The notes under the pieces were generated by a model that was not told the DNA's origin, searched no databases, and saw only the letters and a program-made list of their open reading frames with translations. From contig CAWBZV010000002.1 of NCBI GenBank assembly GCA_963793305.1, positions 192,001 through 256,000 on the forward strand: a DNA stretch of 64,000 bases. The letters are read 5' to 3'. The position numbers were made by a program, and so were the translations under genes. How positions within the stretch are numbered: position 1 is the stretch's first letter; each line of letters begins with the position of its first letter. Of the stretch, positions 54,801-64,000 are shown piece by piece. This DNA is from an uncultured Gemmatimonadales bacterium. GTDB taxonomy: Bacteria > Gemmatimonadota > Gemmatimonadetes > Gemmatimonadales > Gemmatimonadaceae.

Positions 54801-56172
54801 AAAGATCGAGTTTGGCGATCGCCTGGTCGTTGTCACCGGTGGTGATGGCCAGAAAGTGGTCACGTCGTACGAAGGCGAGGTGCTCATTCGTGCCGCTGGA
54901 GATAGATCCGGTGGGTTGGGTGCCAGACTTCAAGTGCCACTCGGCGCCATCCTGATGGTAGCGGATGGCGAAGAGGTCAAGCGCGATCAGGTGATCTTCA
55001 GTTGGGACCCGTACTCGAACCCGATTATCGCGGACGTGTCCGGTACCATTCGATTTGTCGACCTGGTCGAGGACGAATCGGTGTCCGAGGAGCTCGATGA
55101 GCTCACCGGCCTCCGTCAGCGTGTTGTCATCGAAGACCGCGACAAGAAGCTGCACCCGCACATCGAGATCTGGGACGATTCCAACGACCGCAAGGTCCGC
55201 GACTTCGTGATCCCGGTGGGCGCGCAGTTGACGGTCGAGGATGGCGCGGAGATCTCGGCGGGCACGACGATCGCCAAGGTCAGCCGCGAGGCGTACAAGA
55301 CCCGCGACATCACGGGCGGCCTGCCGCGCGTGGCGGAGCTGTTCGAGGCGCGCCGGCCGAAAGACCCGGCGACGATCTCGGAGATCGACGGCATCGTGCG
55401 GTTTGGCGAGATCAAGCGCGGCAAGCGCGAGATCTACGTGCACCCCTCGAAGACCGTGAACCACATGGTCGTCGTCGATGAATCACAAGAGGCGCAGCTC
55501 TACGAGGTGCCCGCAGGCAAGCACTTGCGTGTGCACGAGGGCGACCGCGTGCGCGCCGGTGACCGTCTCTCAGAGGGTCCTGTCAATCCGCATGATATCC
55601 TCCGGATCAAGGGTCCCCGCGCGGTCCAAGAGTATCTGCTCAACGAAGTGCAGGAGGTCTACCGCCTGCAGGGCGTGAAGATCAACGACAAGCACATTGG
55701 CGTGATCGTCCGCCAGATGTTGCAAAAAGTTCGCGTCATGGAGCCGGGCGAGACCGACTTCTTGGAAGGCGAGAACGTCGACAAGCAGACCTTCCGCGAC
55801 GAGAACGAGAAGGGCAAGAAAAAGAAGCAGGCCCCAGCAACGTCCGAGCCGCTCCTGCTCGGCATCACGAAGGCCAGCCTCACGACGCAGTCCTTCGTCT
55901 CGGCCGCGTCGTTCCAAGAGACCACGCGCGTCCTCACGGATGCCGCGATCCGCGGCGCCCAGGACGATCTCCTGGGTCTCAAGGAGAACATTATTATCGG
56001 CCATTTGATCCCGGCCGGAACTGGGATGTATCGCTATCAAGACGTGGAGATCGAGGGCATGGAAGTGCCCCCGACTCCGCTCGCTACCGAAGATCCTCTC
56101 GGCATGGGCGCATCACCGTTCGCGCCATTGCCGACGCTCGCGGGCAGTATGGCCGGAGCGGATGACGAGTAG
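51874..56172 (+). CDS. rpoC: RNA polymerase beta' subunit
   Basis: [24 protein letters not shown]. Confidence 0.99.
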   Translation: MIDFRSARETRASAFDFIQVRIASPEEIRGPKDPKERERLEMAGLRTWWSWGEVLKPETINYRSFKPEKDGLFCERIFGPVKDWECHCGKYKRIRYRGVICDRCGVEVTLSKVRRERMGHIELAVPVAHIWFFKTLPSPMGNLLDITLRDLEKIIYYSNYVVIDAGSQDVRFTQLLDEDEYLSLRQKARDEGDAAFMADIGAPAVRELLRRLDVDKVAGELRSSVAVESSQHRKKQMLKRLKIVDAFMNSGDAGDVRNKPEWMILDVIPVIPPDLRPLVPLDGGRFATSDLNDLYRRVINRNNRLQKLITHRAPEVILRNEKRMLQEAVDALFDNGRRSKAIRGRGKRPLKSLSDMLKGKQGRFRQNLLGKRVDYSGRSVIVVGPELKLHQCGLPKAMALELFKPFIIHKLVEKGIAETVKRAKKIVERESPEVYEILEEIIRDHPVLLNRAPTLHRLGIQAFEPVLVEGKAIRIHPLVCAAFNADFDGDQMAVHVPLSFEAQLESRLLMLSSNNILKPSDGRPVAEPSQDIVLGCYFATRATPDFDTAVKNAKRYSTAEEVEMAVALGHVEYQSPVKFLVDEPTGKRWVDTTVGRVLFNAIVPKEIGFQNREMKKKALGELVFESYRRGGLATTVEFLDRLKDFGFRNATRGGVSIGIEDLHIPAEKETLLGEAEARVERFQRAYQTGNITNGERYNKVIDTWTHANNDIADAMVKAMRESKQGFNPVFMMFDSGSRGSRDQIRQLAGMRGLMAKPQKKLTGGIGEIIESPIKSNFREGLSVLEYFISTHGARKGLADTALKTADAGYLTRRLVDVAQDVVITEDDCGTILGLEVGALKEGEDVIEPLGERIVGNVAAEDVEDPHEMDESGRRRLLIEAGKLIDEDTAREIEESGIETVKIRSVLTCEAKRGLCRMCYGRNLATMSMVDLGEAVGIIAAQSIGEPGTQLTLRTFHIGGTAARIAEQTSRKSKVAGKIEFGDRLVVVTGGDGQKVVTSYEGEVLIRAAGDRSGGLGARLQVPLGAILMVADGEEVKRDQVIFSWDPYSNPIIADVSGTIRFVDLVEDESVSEELDELTGLRQRVVIEDRDKKLHPHIEIWDDSNDRKVRDFVIPVGAQLTVEDGAEISAGTTIAKVSREAYKTRDITGGLPRVAELFEARRPKDPATISEIDGIVRFGEIKRGKREIYVHPSKTVNHMVVVDESQEAQLYEVPAGKHLRVHEGDRVRAGDRLSEGPVNPHDILRIKGPRAVQEYLLNEVQEVYRLQGVKINDKHIGVIVRQMLQKVRVMEPGETDFLEGENVDKQTFRDENEKGKKKKQAPATSEPLLLGITKASLTTQSFVSAASFQETTRVLTDAAIRGAQDDLLGLKENIIIGHLIPAGTGMYRYQDVEIEGMEVPPTPLATEDPLGMGASPFAPLPTLAGSMAGADDE

Positions 56173-57994
56173 TCGTACCGTCTCTTCGACGGGCGCATGG
56201 GCAACGGCCCGGGGCTATCGCTCCGGGCCGTTGGTCGTAACATGGGTGTTGGCGATGGCGTTCGTCCTGGCGCACGTCGATCGAGGCTGGGGTCCGCCCG
56301 ACGAGGGGCTGCTCGGCCAAACGGCCGAGCGGTTCCTCCACGGTGAGATCCCGCACCGGGATTTCGACGATCTCTATACCGGCGGGTTGACCGCCCTCCA
56401 CGCGGCCGCGTTCGCGATCTTTGGCGTTCGCCTCGTGGTACTCCGGTGGGTGCTGGCCGGGGCAGTCGCCTGCTGGATCCCGATCGTCTACGCGCTCGCC
56501 CGACGCTTCGCCGCGCCGGTGACCGCGGCGAGCGTCACGCTGCTGGCGGTCGTGTGGAGCGTGCCCGCCTATCCGGCAGCGATGCCGTCGTGGTACAACC
56601 TGTTTTTCGCCAGCGCGGGTCTCCTGGCGCTCTTCCGCTTCGCCGAAACCAGGAGCCCGCGATCGATGTTCGGCGCGGGGCTCTTCGGCGGCCTTTCCAT
56701 TCTGTTCAAGGTCGTTGGATTGTACTTCGTTGCCGCGGCCGGACTGGTCGCGGTATTTTCGGCTGTCGACCTGGCCTCTGACGAGGGGAATGTGCCGGCG
56801 GTCCCGGTCGGTGTCGTGCCGGCCGCCGTCCTCCTGCTGGCGGTGCTATGGCTGGTGCGTATCCGACCAGATGCCGGCACGCTGTTCTATTTCGTCGCCC
56901 CGGCTGTTGGCATCGCCGTCGCGCTGACGGCCACCGCTGCTCGGGCCAAGCGCGTCGATGGGCGCGAGGTGTGGACGCCGGTCGTGGCGCTGGGCGCCGG
57001 CGTCGTGGTCGGTGTCCTGGGCATTGTGATTTTTTATGCCCAACACCACGCGCTGGATGCGTTGGTCAGAGGCGCGCTGATCGGTCCGACCCGCCGTCTG
57101 GTGTTTGCATCGAGGGAGCCGCACCTGTACGCGGCGTTGGCGGCTCTGCCACTGGCCGCGGTCGCCGTCGCCAGCCCGCGCGTCCGTCGGCCAGCGACGG
57201 CACGAACCATCGCCCTGCTGATCGTCGCGGTGTTCGCTGTGCTGGTCGTCCTGAGCCGACGTACCGACAATCTGGGACAGTCCGCCGACAGCAACCTCGC
57301 GTACCGGCTGGTGCTGGACTCGGTTGCGCCAACCATTGTGCTCGTCACCCTGGCGTACGCCGTCGCGGTCGTTCGCCGCGCGGGGCCGTCGCTACCGCGC
57401 GAGCGACGGGTCGCCGCCTTCGCGGCTATCACGGTGGCCGCGTTGTGCTCCCTGATCGGGTTTCCGTACTACAACGATCTGTATTTCTACTACGTCGCCC
57501 CGCTCGTCCTGATCGCCGTGCTGGCGCTCCTGGCCGTGTGGGGACGCCCGATCTCGCCGTGGATCGCGTCGGCGACGCTCGGCATGTACCTCATATTTGG
57601 CGCCACCCGGGTCGCCGTCGGCGGGTCGTCGCGCCTGGCGTTCCCCCGTGGTGGCTTGCGTGTCTATCCGGCGGACAGCGCCGGGGCCGGGGCGTTCGTA
57701 GATACGGTACACCATCATGCGACCGGCGGCTATCTCTACGCCATGCTCGACGCGCCCGAAGCATACTTTATGACAGGGCTCGAGAACCCAACGCGGACCA
57801 TGTACGAATTCTTCGACGATACCGCCGGTCACACCGACAGCGTCTTGCGCCAGATCACCGCGCATGACGTGCGCGTCGTGGTCACCGGTCACGGCGTCTT
57901 TTCCCCGCCGGAGCCCGCGTTGCTCGACTCGCTGCGCGCACGGTATCCCGACTCTGTCCACGTGTGGAGGTTCACCGTACGGTGGCGGCAATGA
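56162..57994 (+). CDS. GT-C fold (ArnT/PMT-like) membrane glycosyltransferase
   Basis: DEG after the first [14 protein letters not shown], many TM helices. Confidence 0.65.
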   Translation: MTSSRTVSSTGAWATARGYRSGPLVVTWVLAMAFVLAHVDRGWGPPDEGLLGQTAERFLHGEIPHRDFDDLYTGGLTALHAAAFAIFGVRLVVLRWVLAGAVACWIPIVYALARRFAAPVTAASVTLLAVVWSVPAYPAAMPSWYNLFFASAGLLALFRFAETRSPRSMFGAGLFGGLSILFKVVGLYFVAAAGLVAVFSAVDLASDEGNVPAVPVGVVPAAVLLLAVLWLVRIRPDAGTLFYFVAPAVGIAVALTATAARAKRVDGREVWTPVVALGAGVVVGVLGIVIFYAQHHALDALVRGALIGPTRRLVFASREPHLYAALAALPLAAVAVASPRVRRPATARTIALLIVAVFAVLVVLSRRTDNLGQSADSNLAYRLVLDSVAPTIVLVTLAYAVAVVRRAGPSLPRERRVAAFAAITVAALCSLIGFPYYNDLYFYYVAPLVLIAVLALLAVWGRPISPWIASATLGMYLIFGATRVAVGGSSRLAFPRGGLRVYPADSAGAGAFVDTVHHHATGGYLYAMLDAPEAYFMTGLENPTRTMYEFFDDTAGHTDSVLRQITAHDVRVVVTGHGVFSPPEPALLDSLRARYPDSVHVWRFTVRWRQ

Positions 57995-58998
57995 CCGGGA
58001 TCACCACGGAGCGCGATCAGCTGCTGGAGGCGGCGGTGGAGCTGCGGCGCCAGGTCGCATCGCGCATCCTCGGCCAGGACCCCGTGCTCGATGAAATTCT
58101 GATCGCGCTCATCGCCGGCGGCCATGCGCTGCTGGTCGGTGTGCCGGGCCTCGCCAAGACGCTCATGATCCGGTCGATCGCCGAGGCGACCCATCTCGAC
58201 TTTCGTCGCATTCAGTTCACCCCTGACCTCGTGCCCTCCGACATCACCGGGACCGAGGTGATGGAAGAAGACCAGGCGAGCGGCCGTCGCACGTTCCGGT
58301 TCGTGCCTGGACCGGTCTTCGCCAACATCATTCTGGCCGACGAGATCAACCGCACGCCACCGCGCACGCAAGCCGCTCTGTTGGAAGCCATGCAAGAGGC
58401 GCGGGTCACCGCCTCCGGCGAGACACGCCCGCTCCCCTCACCGTTTTTTGTTTTGGCGACGCAGAATCCCATCGAGCAAGAGGGCACGTATCCGTTGCCC
58501 GAGGCCCAGCTCGATCGCTTCTTGTTCGATATCCGGGTCGGATATCCGGCCGAATCGGACGAATTGGCGATCTTGCGCTCGACCACCGGCGCTCCCTCTC
58601 CCCCCTTATCGCCGGTGCTGTCGGGCGAAGACGCCCTTGCCCTGCAAAGACTCGCCCGCGACATCCCGGCCGCCGAGCCGGCGCTTCGGTACGCGAACGC
58701 CCTGGTGCGCTCGACGCGCCCGGATGAGCCCAACGCACCGGCGATCGTCAAGCGCCATGTGCGCTGGGGCGCCGGACCGCGCGCGGGCCAAGCGCTCATC
58801 CTCGGTGCGAAAGCCCACGCGCTTATCCAGGGCCGATTTGCGGTGTCGCCCGGTGATATCCGGCGCGTCGCGCTGCCGGTGCTCCGGCACCGGATCTTGC
58901 CGACGTTCGCCGCCGAGGCCGAGGGCGTGACTTCCGAGCGCATCGTCGCCGAGTTGCTCGACACGATCAAACCGCCGTCGAGCGACGTGCGCGTATGA
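57991..58998 (+). CDS. MoxR family AAA+ ATPase
   Basis: GVPGLAKT, RIQFTPDLVPSD, DEINR, ATQNPIEQEGTYPLPEAQLDRF. Confidence 0.95.
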   Translation: MTGITTERDQLLEAAVELRRQVASRILGQDPVLDEILIALIAGGHALLVGVPGLAKTLMIRSIAEATHLDFRRIQFTPDLVPSDITGTEVMEEDQASGRRTFRFVPGPVFANIILADEINRTPPRTQAALLEAMQEARVTASGETRPLPSPFFVLATQNPIEQEGTYPLPEAQLDRFLFDIRVGYPAESDELAILRSTTGAPSPPLSPVLSGEDALALQRLARDIPAAEPALRYANALVRSTRPDEPNAPAIVKRHVRWGAGPRAGQALILGAKAHALIQGRFAVSPGDIRRVALPVLRHRILPTFAAEAEGVTSERIVAELLDTIKPPSSDVRV

Positions 58999-59858
58999 CA
59001 GGCATGACATCAGACGCGACGTTGCTGGATGCGGTCCGTGGCGTCCGCTGGCCCGCGAGGCGGCGCGTGCCCGCCGCGGCGCACGGCGTGCATCGCTCGC
59101 GCCGTCGCGGGTCGGCCGCCGAATTTACCGAGTATCGGCCGTACGCCCAGGGCGATGATCCGCGGCGGATCGACTGGAAGCTGCTCGCGCGGAGCGACCG
59201 TGCGTTCGTTCGACTGAGCGACGATCACGCCTTGTTGCCCACGATCTTCGCGGTCGACACCTCGGCGTCGATGGCATTCCCGACGCAGACGCTGGCGAAG
59301 TGGCACCACGCGCGGCGAGTGGCACTGGCGCTCGCGTCGATCGCGCATGCGGCCGGCGATCCCGTGGGTCTCTTACTCGCGCCGGCGGCGCTCGCACTCC
59401 CGCCCCGTACGCGCCGTAGCATCGTCACCGAGCTCGCCGAAGCGCTGAGCGCCGTGGAGCCGAAGGGAGCGGTGTCGCTCGAGCGGCTGATCTCGGCTGC
59501 CGTGACGATCGCACGCGGAGCGCGCGTCGTATTGATCTCGGACTACCTGACGGACGCTGAGGATCTTGCCGCCACGTTGGCGGCGGCACGAGCGGTCGGC
59601 GGCGAGGTCCATGCGATCCACGTGGTGGCCGCCGAAGAGTTGGCGCCGCCGATGCGCGATGTGTCGGTCGAGGACCCCGAGGATCCGACAGTGCGCCGAC
59701 CGCTGGTTGGCGCGGCCCGCGCGGCGTACGATCGCGAGTTCGCTGCGTGGCGAACCTCGATTGCCCGAGACTGGCGCGCGGCCAGCGCAACGTATGTCAT
59801 GACGACGACCGACGAGCCGGCCGAGCATGCGGTGCGGCGGATCGTCGCCTCGCCCTAG
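58995..59858 (+). CDS. DUF58 (VWA-like) protein
   Basis: EFTEYRPYAQGDDPRRIDWK, VDTSASM, LISD. Confidence 0.9.
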   Translation: MTGMTSDATLLDAVRGVRWPARRRVPAAAHGVHRSRRRGSAAEFTEYRPYAQGDDPRRIDWKLLARSDRAFVRLSDDHALLPTIFAVDTSASMAFPTQTLAKWHHARRVALALASIAHAAGDPVGLLLAPAALALPPRTRRSIVTELAEALSAVEPKGAVSLERLISAAVTIARGARVVLISDYLTDAEDLAATLAAARAVGGEVHAIHVVAAEELAPPMRDVSVEDPEDPTVRRPLVGAARAAYDREFAAWRTSIARDWRAASATYVMTTTDEPAEHAVRRIVASP

Positions 59859-59869
59859 TTACGGTTGCC

Positions 59870-60919
59870 GTGACACTCGCCGCGCCAGGCTTCCTCGCGG
59901 CGGCGTTTGCCGTTGCGGCCGCGGTGACGGCGCTCCACCTGCTGGTTCTCCGCCCTCCGCCGGCGTCGCGCTTGCCGACGGCTCGGTTTGTTCCGCCGGC
60001 GCCGTCCGTGGTCCGGCGCCGGGAGACGTGGCCACAGGATCGGCGGCTGCTCGCGCTCAGAATCGCGACGATTCTTCTTGCCGGCCTGGCGTTCGCCGGC
60101 CCCGCCTTGGGCGCCCGCCGCGTGCGCTCGGCGCGCATTGTGGCGATGGATCTCTCGGCGCCTTCGGCGCGCGACAGCGCGACTCGGTATCTCCGCGCAT
60201 CCGACATCCTGATCGTCTTCGACACCACGGCGCGCGTGTTGCCGGCCGATTCTGTGAACTCAATCGGTCAGTTGAATGGAGTGAGCTCCCTCTCAGCGGC
60301 CCTCATCGCGGCCCGTCGCACGGCGGCGCATCTCAGCGCGGACTCGGTCGAGCTCGTGGTGATCTCCCCGTTCACCGAGTCTGAGCTCGACGCCGCAACG
60401 TCGGCAATCCGCGCCCAGTGGCCAGCGGCGATCCGGGTCGTTCGCGTGGCGGCATCGCCGGGGCCTACGCACCATGCGACCATCGGTTGGGCGTTACCGG
60501 TCGGCGCGGTCGATACCATTGGCGCTGTGGCGACGGACGCGATCGTCATCGTGGCCCCGTTCACGCGCGCACGTACGTATCAAGCCCTGGAAGGCGCTGT
60601 CATCGCGCGCTGGGTTGATGGCGTGCCGGCAGCGGTCGAACGCCCACTCGGCGATAGCTGCGAACGCGACATCGAGATCGGGATGCCCGCGGGCCGCGAG
60701 GCCGACCGGCTCCGCTCGGCGCTGACCGACCGGCCGTGCGGCGGATCGGTAGACACGGCTCCGATGCCGGATTCCGCCCTCCGTGAATTCGCCGGCTCCG
60801 GCGCCTCTGGCGCGACGTTCGAGCCCAGTCGGGATGGAGCCGGTGATCGCACGCTCATGTCGGTGCTCTTGGTGCTCGCCTGCGCGATGGCGATCGCCGA
60901 ATGGGTCATCCGGCGATGA
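59870..60919 (+). CDS. BatA N-terminal domain membrane protein
   Basis: LHLL...LPTARF...LLALR...LAFAGP; C-terminal EWVIRR. Confidence 0.75.
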   Translation: MTLAAPGFLAAAFAVAAAVTALHLLVLRPPPASRLPTARFVPPAPSVVRRRETWPQDRRLLALRIATILLAGLAFAGPALGARRVRSARIVAMDLSAPSARDSATRYLRASDILIVFDTTARVLPADSVNSIGQLNGVSSLSAALIAARRTAAHLSADSVELVVISPFTESELDAATSAIRAQWPAAIRVVRVAASPGPTHHATIGWALPVGAVDTIGAVATDAIVIVAPFTRARTYQALEGAVIARWVDGVPAAVERPLGDSCERDIEIGMPAGREADRLRSALTDRPCGGSVDTAPMPDSALREFAGSGASGATFEPSRDGAGDRTLMSVLLVLACAMAIAEWVIRR

Positions 60920-62880
60920 CGCCCCTCATCGAGCCACGGACGGCGCTCGGCGAGACGCGCCAGGTTCGCGGGATCCTGTTCGCCACCGCGATGGTGACAT
61001 CGCTCTTGTGGGGCTGCGTCGCGGCCGGCGTCACCATGACTGTCGGCGGCGCGGTCGGGCATGCGTCGCACTTGCCTGAAGCGTACTTCGAGGCGGTTCG
61101 TTTTGTGGCCGCCGTCATGGGACTTTCAGTCGCGACGATTCGCCTGTGGCGTCGGCGGTACGCGTACTCGATCCGGCAGGTTGCGCTCTGGATCGAGGAA
61201 CGAGTCCCAAAGCTTCGCTACGCGCTCGTGACGCTGCTCGACCGCAATGGGCCGACCGACCAGACGGTACGCCAGCGGCTCGAGTCCATCGTCAATGCCG
61301 TCAACCTGCCGGAGGTCGCACTCCGCGTCGTGATTCCCGCCTACGTGCTGGTGTCGGTGACCGTGCTCGTGGTCGCGTTTCTCTTGGCGAAAGTGATGCC
61401 GCTGAGCGCGACGGGCGCGGATCGGGCGGCCGAGCCGTCAGCCGCGTCGGCGCGATCGACCGCCGGCGTGCGGCGGCTGGTCGGGCTGAGCGCGCACGTC
61501 GTTCCGCCCACCTACGCACACCAGCACCCGGTAGACCTTGCGGACCCGTCAACCATTGTGGCGCTCGTCGGGAGCACGATCACCATCCGCGGACCCGGTT
61601 CGCCGGACGGGCTGGTTGCACCGTTTGCCGTGCGGGCGTCCGCCGATGGCTGGGCGGTGGAGTTCCCCATGCCGCGACAGGCGTCGGCACTGCGGCTCGA
61701 GGACGGATCCAACAGCCGGATCGTCGCGCTGCTGCCACGCGTGGACGAACCGCCGGCCGTTGTCCTCGAGCTACCATCGGCCGACACCACGTACCGCACA
61801 CCGCCCAAAGCCATCGTACTCTCGGCGCAGGCGACGGACGACATCGGGCTCGCCAATGGTTGGTTCGAGTGCATCATCAGCACCGGCCAATCAGAAGGCA
61901 ATTTCAAGAGCATCACGGACACCATCGGCCACGTGCAATTCTCGGCCACTCGCTCGGGCTCGCTCCGCGCGACGTTCTCCGTGGCACTCGCACCGGGAAG
62001 TCAGCTGTCGATTCGTGCGCTCGCGCGTGATGGGAATACCGTCACCGGGCCGGGTGTTGGCTCATCCGATACGCGCACGATTCGCATCGCGCGCCCGGAG
62101 GAATACGACTCGCTCGCCATTGCCGCCGCCGCCCCCCCTATCCTCGACAAGGCGCTGATGAGTCAGCGCATGTTGGTCATGCAACTCGAAGCGCTCGTCG
62201 CGAAACGAAAGCGGCCGAAGTCGGAATCGCTCCGGCTCGCCGACGTCGAGCAGCAACTGGTGCAGGAGGTCGACGACATTCTGAATGGCGCACCGGCCGC
62301 GGGGGACTCCGGGGGCGAGCCGGGCGAGCGTGCGGACGTCGATGCATCGAAGGGCGCCGCGGGGTCGGCCACCGGCGGCCGCGAGCGCGGATACTTTCAG
62401 GTCGCGTACCAGGCGATGACCGACGCCGCGCGGTCGCTGGCCGTGGCGCTGCCTGACACCGCGCTGCCTCCCGCCCGCCGAGCCCTCTCGGCGCTGGACT
62501 CGGCGCGCGTCATGAACCGATTGTACCTCCGCGGCACGCCGCCGACGATCGTCGTCAACACCGCGCGCGTGCGTCTCGCGGGGCCGCCCGGCGGTCCGAC
62601 ATCGGACACCGCCGCGCCCGCTCACCGGACGCCCGGTCCGCGAGCGGACTCGCTCCGCGCGATGGTGTTGAGGTATATCGAGCAGCCGTCAGTGCGCTCC
62701 GATTCGCTGCTATTGTTGCAGGTCGGGACCGCGGCATCGGCGCCACTCGACACGGTCCTCGCCGCCGCGCTCGGAGACGCCGCCGCCGCCCGCAACGCGG
62801 TGCGTCTCCGGGAGGCGCTCTTACGCGTGCGCCGCGCGGCGGCGCCGCCGCCAAAGGTGACACCGGGGCTCGGCCCATGA
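60916..62880 (+). CDS. DUF4175-like membrane protein
   Basis: TM helices, PPTY, ATDDIGL, MSQR; MoxR operon context. Confidence 0.6.
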   Translation: MTPLIEPRTALGETRQVRGILFATAMVTSLLWGCVAAGVTMTVGGAVGHASHLPEAYFEAVRFVAAVMGLSVATIRLWRRRYAYSIRQVALWIEERVPKLRYALVTLLDRNGPTDQTVRQRLESIVNAVNLPEVALRVVIPAYVLVSVTVLVVAFLLAKVMPLSATGADRAAEPSAASARSTAGVRRLVGLSAHVVPPTYAHQHPVDLADPSTIVALVGSTITIRGPGSPDGLVAPFAVRASADGWAVEFPMPRQASALRLEDGSNSRIVALLPRVDEPPAVVLELPSADTTYRTPPKAIVLSAQATDDIGLANGWFECIISTGQSEGNFKSITDTIGHVQFSATRSGSLRATFSVALAPGSQLSIRALARDGNTVTGPGVGSSDTRTIRIARPEEYDSLAIAAAAPPILDKALMSQRMLVMQLEALVAKRKRPKSESLRLADVEQQLVQEVDDILNGAPAAGDSGGEPGERADVDASKGAAGSATGGRERGYFQVAYQAMTDAARSLAVALPDTALPPARRALSALDSARVMNRLYLRGTPPTIVVNTARVRLAGPPGGPTSDTAAPAHRTPGPRADSLRAMVLRYIEQPSVRSDSLLLLQVGTAASAPLDTVLAAALGDAAAARNAVRLREALLRVRRAAAPPPKVTPGLGP

Positions 62881-63491
62881 GCGGCTTTGTCTTTGCGACG
62901 GGCCGCTACGAGTCCGGTGACTGGGACTCGGCGCCATTGGTCCCCGCGAACCTGATCGACTCGATCGCGCGATATACGTCGATCGAAATCGCGCCGAGCG
63001 GGGCGATTGTTCGGTTGTCGTCGGACAGCCTGTTCGATTATCCGTTGATCTATCTCACGGGTCATCTCCCGTTTCGCTTTACGACCGAGGAGCGGCGGCG
63101 GGTACGAGAGTTCATTGACCGTGGCGGGATGCTCTTCGTCGACGACCACAATCACGACGTCGGCGGCGTATTCCACCAGACGGCGACCGAGGAGATCGCC
63201 CGGTCGTGTGGCCCACTCGTCGACTTGCCGAACACGCACGACCTCTATCGCTCCTTCTTCGTGTTCGACCACGGGCCGCCAACGACGACGCAAGAGCTGA
63301 ACGGCTGGGGCGACAATCTCGTGCACGCGCAGCTCCAAGCCGTGCTCGGCCCCGGCAACCGCATTCGCGTGCTGTATTCCAGCAAGGACTACAGCTCGGA
63401 ATGGGGGTATCACCCGGAAAGCAAGCGCCAGCGGTCAGTCGACGACACACGCTTCGGCGTGAATATCATCGTGTATGCGCTCAGTCGTTGA
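62877..63491 (+). CDS. DUF4159 domain protein
   Basis: YPLIYLTGH, GGMLFVDD, FGVNIIVYAL. Confidence 0.85.
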   Translation: MSGFVFATGRYESGDWDSAPLVPANLIDSIARYTSIEIAPSGAIVRLSSDSLFDYPLIYLTGHLPFRFTTEERRRVREFIDRGGMLFVDDHNHDVGGVFHQTATEEIARSCGPLVDLPNTHDLYRSFFVFDHGPPTTTQELNGWGDNLVHAQLQAVLGPGNRIRVLYSSKDYSSEWGYHPESKRQRSVDDTRFGVNIIVYALSR

Positions 63492-63492
63492 C

Positions 63493-64000
63493 GTGCGCCC
63501 ACTCGTTGAACGCACCGCCCGCCTCGTCGCGATCGTCGCGCTGGGCGCTTCGGCGTGGGCGATCGGGCGCCGGACGTCCGTCGAAACGCCCGCGCGCCGT
63601 GCATTGACCGACTGGACGACGCGGTCCGTGCGCCTCACGCTCGACAGCACGCCGTCGCCAGTTGTCCGCGACTGGCTCGCGGCGCTGCGCCGGAACGGCG
63701 TCAGCGTCGCCTGGTCGTGGCAGCGAACCTCGCCGACACCACTCGCGGTCGCCGCGGCGCCGCTCGCCGACCCGGCCGGCGCCACCCGCGTTGCGGTCGC
63801 AGCCCCGACCGGGGTATCGGTGACGCTCGCCGATCGCCTGGGGCCGATCGACACGGGCCGAGCGGCATTCTGGCGGTCTCACGGTCACGGCGCCGATTGC
63901 GCTGGAGTCGATCACTGCGTCGGGCGCGCGAGCCGTGATCACCGACTCTCTGATCCTTCGGCCGCTGTTGGTCCTCGGCACGGTCAGCTGGGAGACGAAG
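63493..64000 (+). CDS. Membrane-anchored hypothetical protein, partial
   Basis: GTG 1 nt after the DUF4159 stop; MRPLVERTARLVAIVALGASAWAIG; runs off the window edge. Confidence 0.55.
   Translation, partial: MRPLVERTARLVAIVALGASAWAIGRRTSVETPARRALTDWTTRSVRLTLDSTPSPVVRDWLAALRRNGVSVAWSWQRTSPTPLAVAAAPLADPAGATRVAVAAPTGVSVTLADRLGPIDTGRAAFWRSHGHGADCAGVDHCVGRASRDHRLSDPSAAVGPRHGQLGDE

Noticed and set aside
57991..64000. MoxR-DUF58-BatA-DUF4159 operon as a novel system
   Set aside because: Widespread, recognised gene cluster; nothing unusual seen

Overview
High-GC bacterial chromosomal segment, most likely Gemmatimonadota (inferred from gene order and lineage-type insertions in rpoB/rpoC; not database-verified). 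Core content: orphan ParA; a DivK-like/REC-GGDEF/GAF/ligA/V4R operon; recF-dciA-gyrB; type IB topoisomerase; mtnA-glpK; ccmEFH(I) with a Cys-type CcmE; an ECF sigma/anti-sigma pair; ABC systems; uvrA; pspA; cysS; the tRNA(Thr-Tyr-Gly-Thr)-tuf-rpmG-secE-nusG-rplKAJL-rpoBC cluster; and a MoxR/DUF58/BatA/DUF4159 operon. About 15 single-base frameshifts break about 14 genes, including essential gyrB and cysS. Eight sit at GAACGTC where GACGTC restores the frame, so I read them as motif-linked sequencing errors, not pseudogenes. Best candidates for novelty: (1) a small secreted twin-CX7C peptide with a structured leader, followed by a CxxC thioredoxin-like gene, a degenerate ABC ATPase and a membrane protein; (2) a ~3.1 kb island between cutA and uvrA bounded by a 13-bp direct repeat, carrying an AlbA_2/Schlafen-like gene and two terminase-small-subunit-like paralogs; (3) a leader complementary to tRNA-Thr(GGT), GNA-triloop intergenic hairpins, and widespread leaderless-type promoters. 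No CRISPR array or rRNA was seen.
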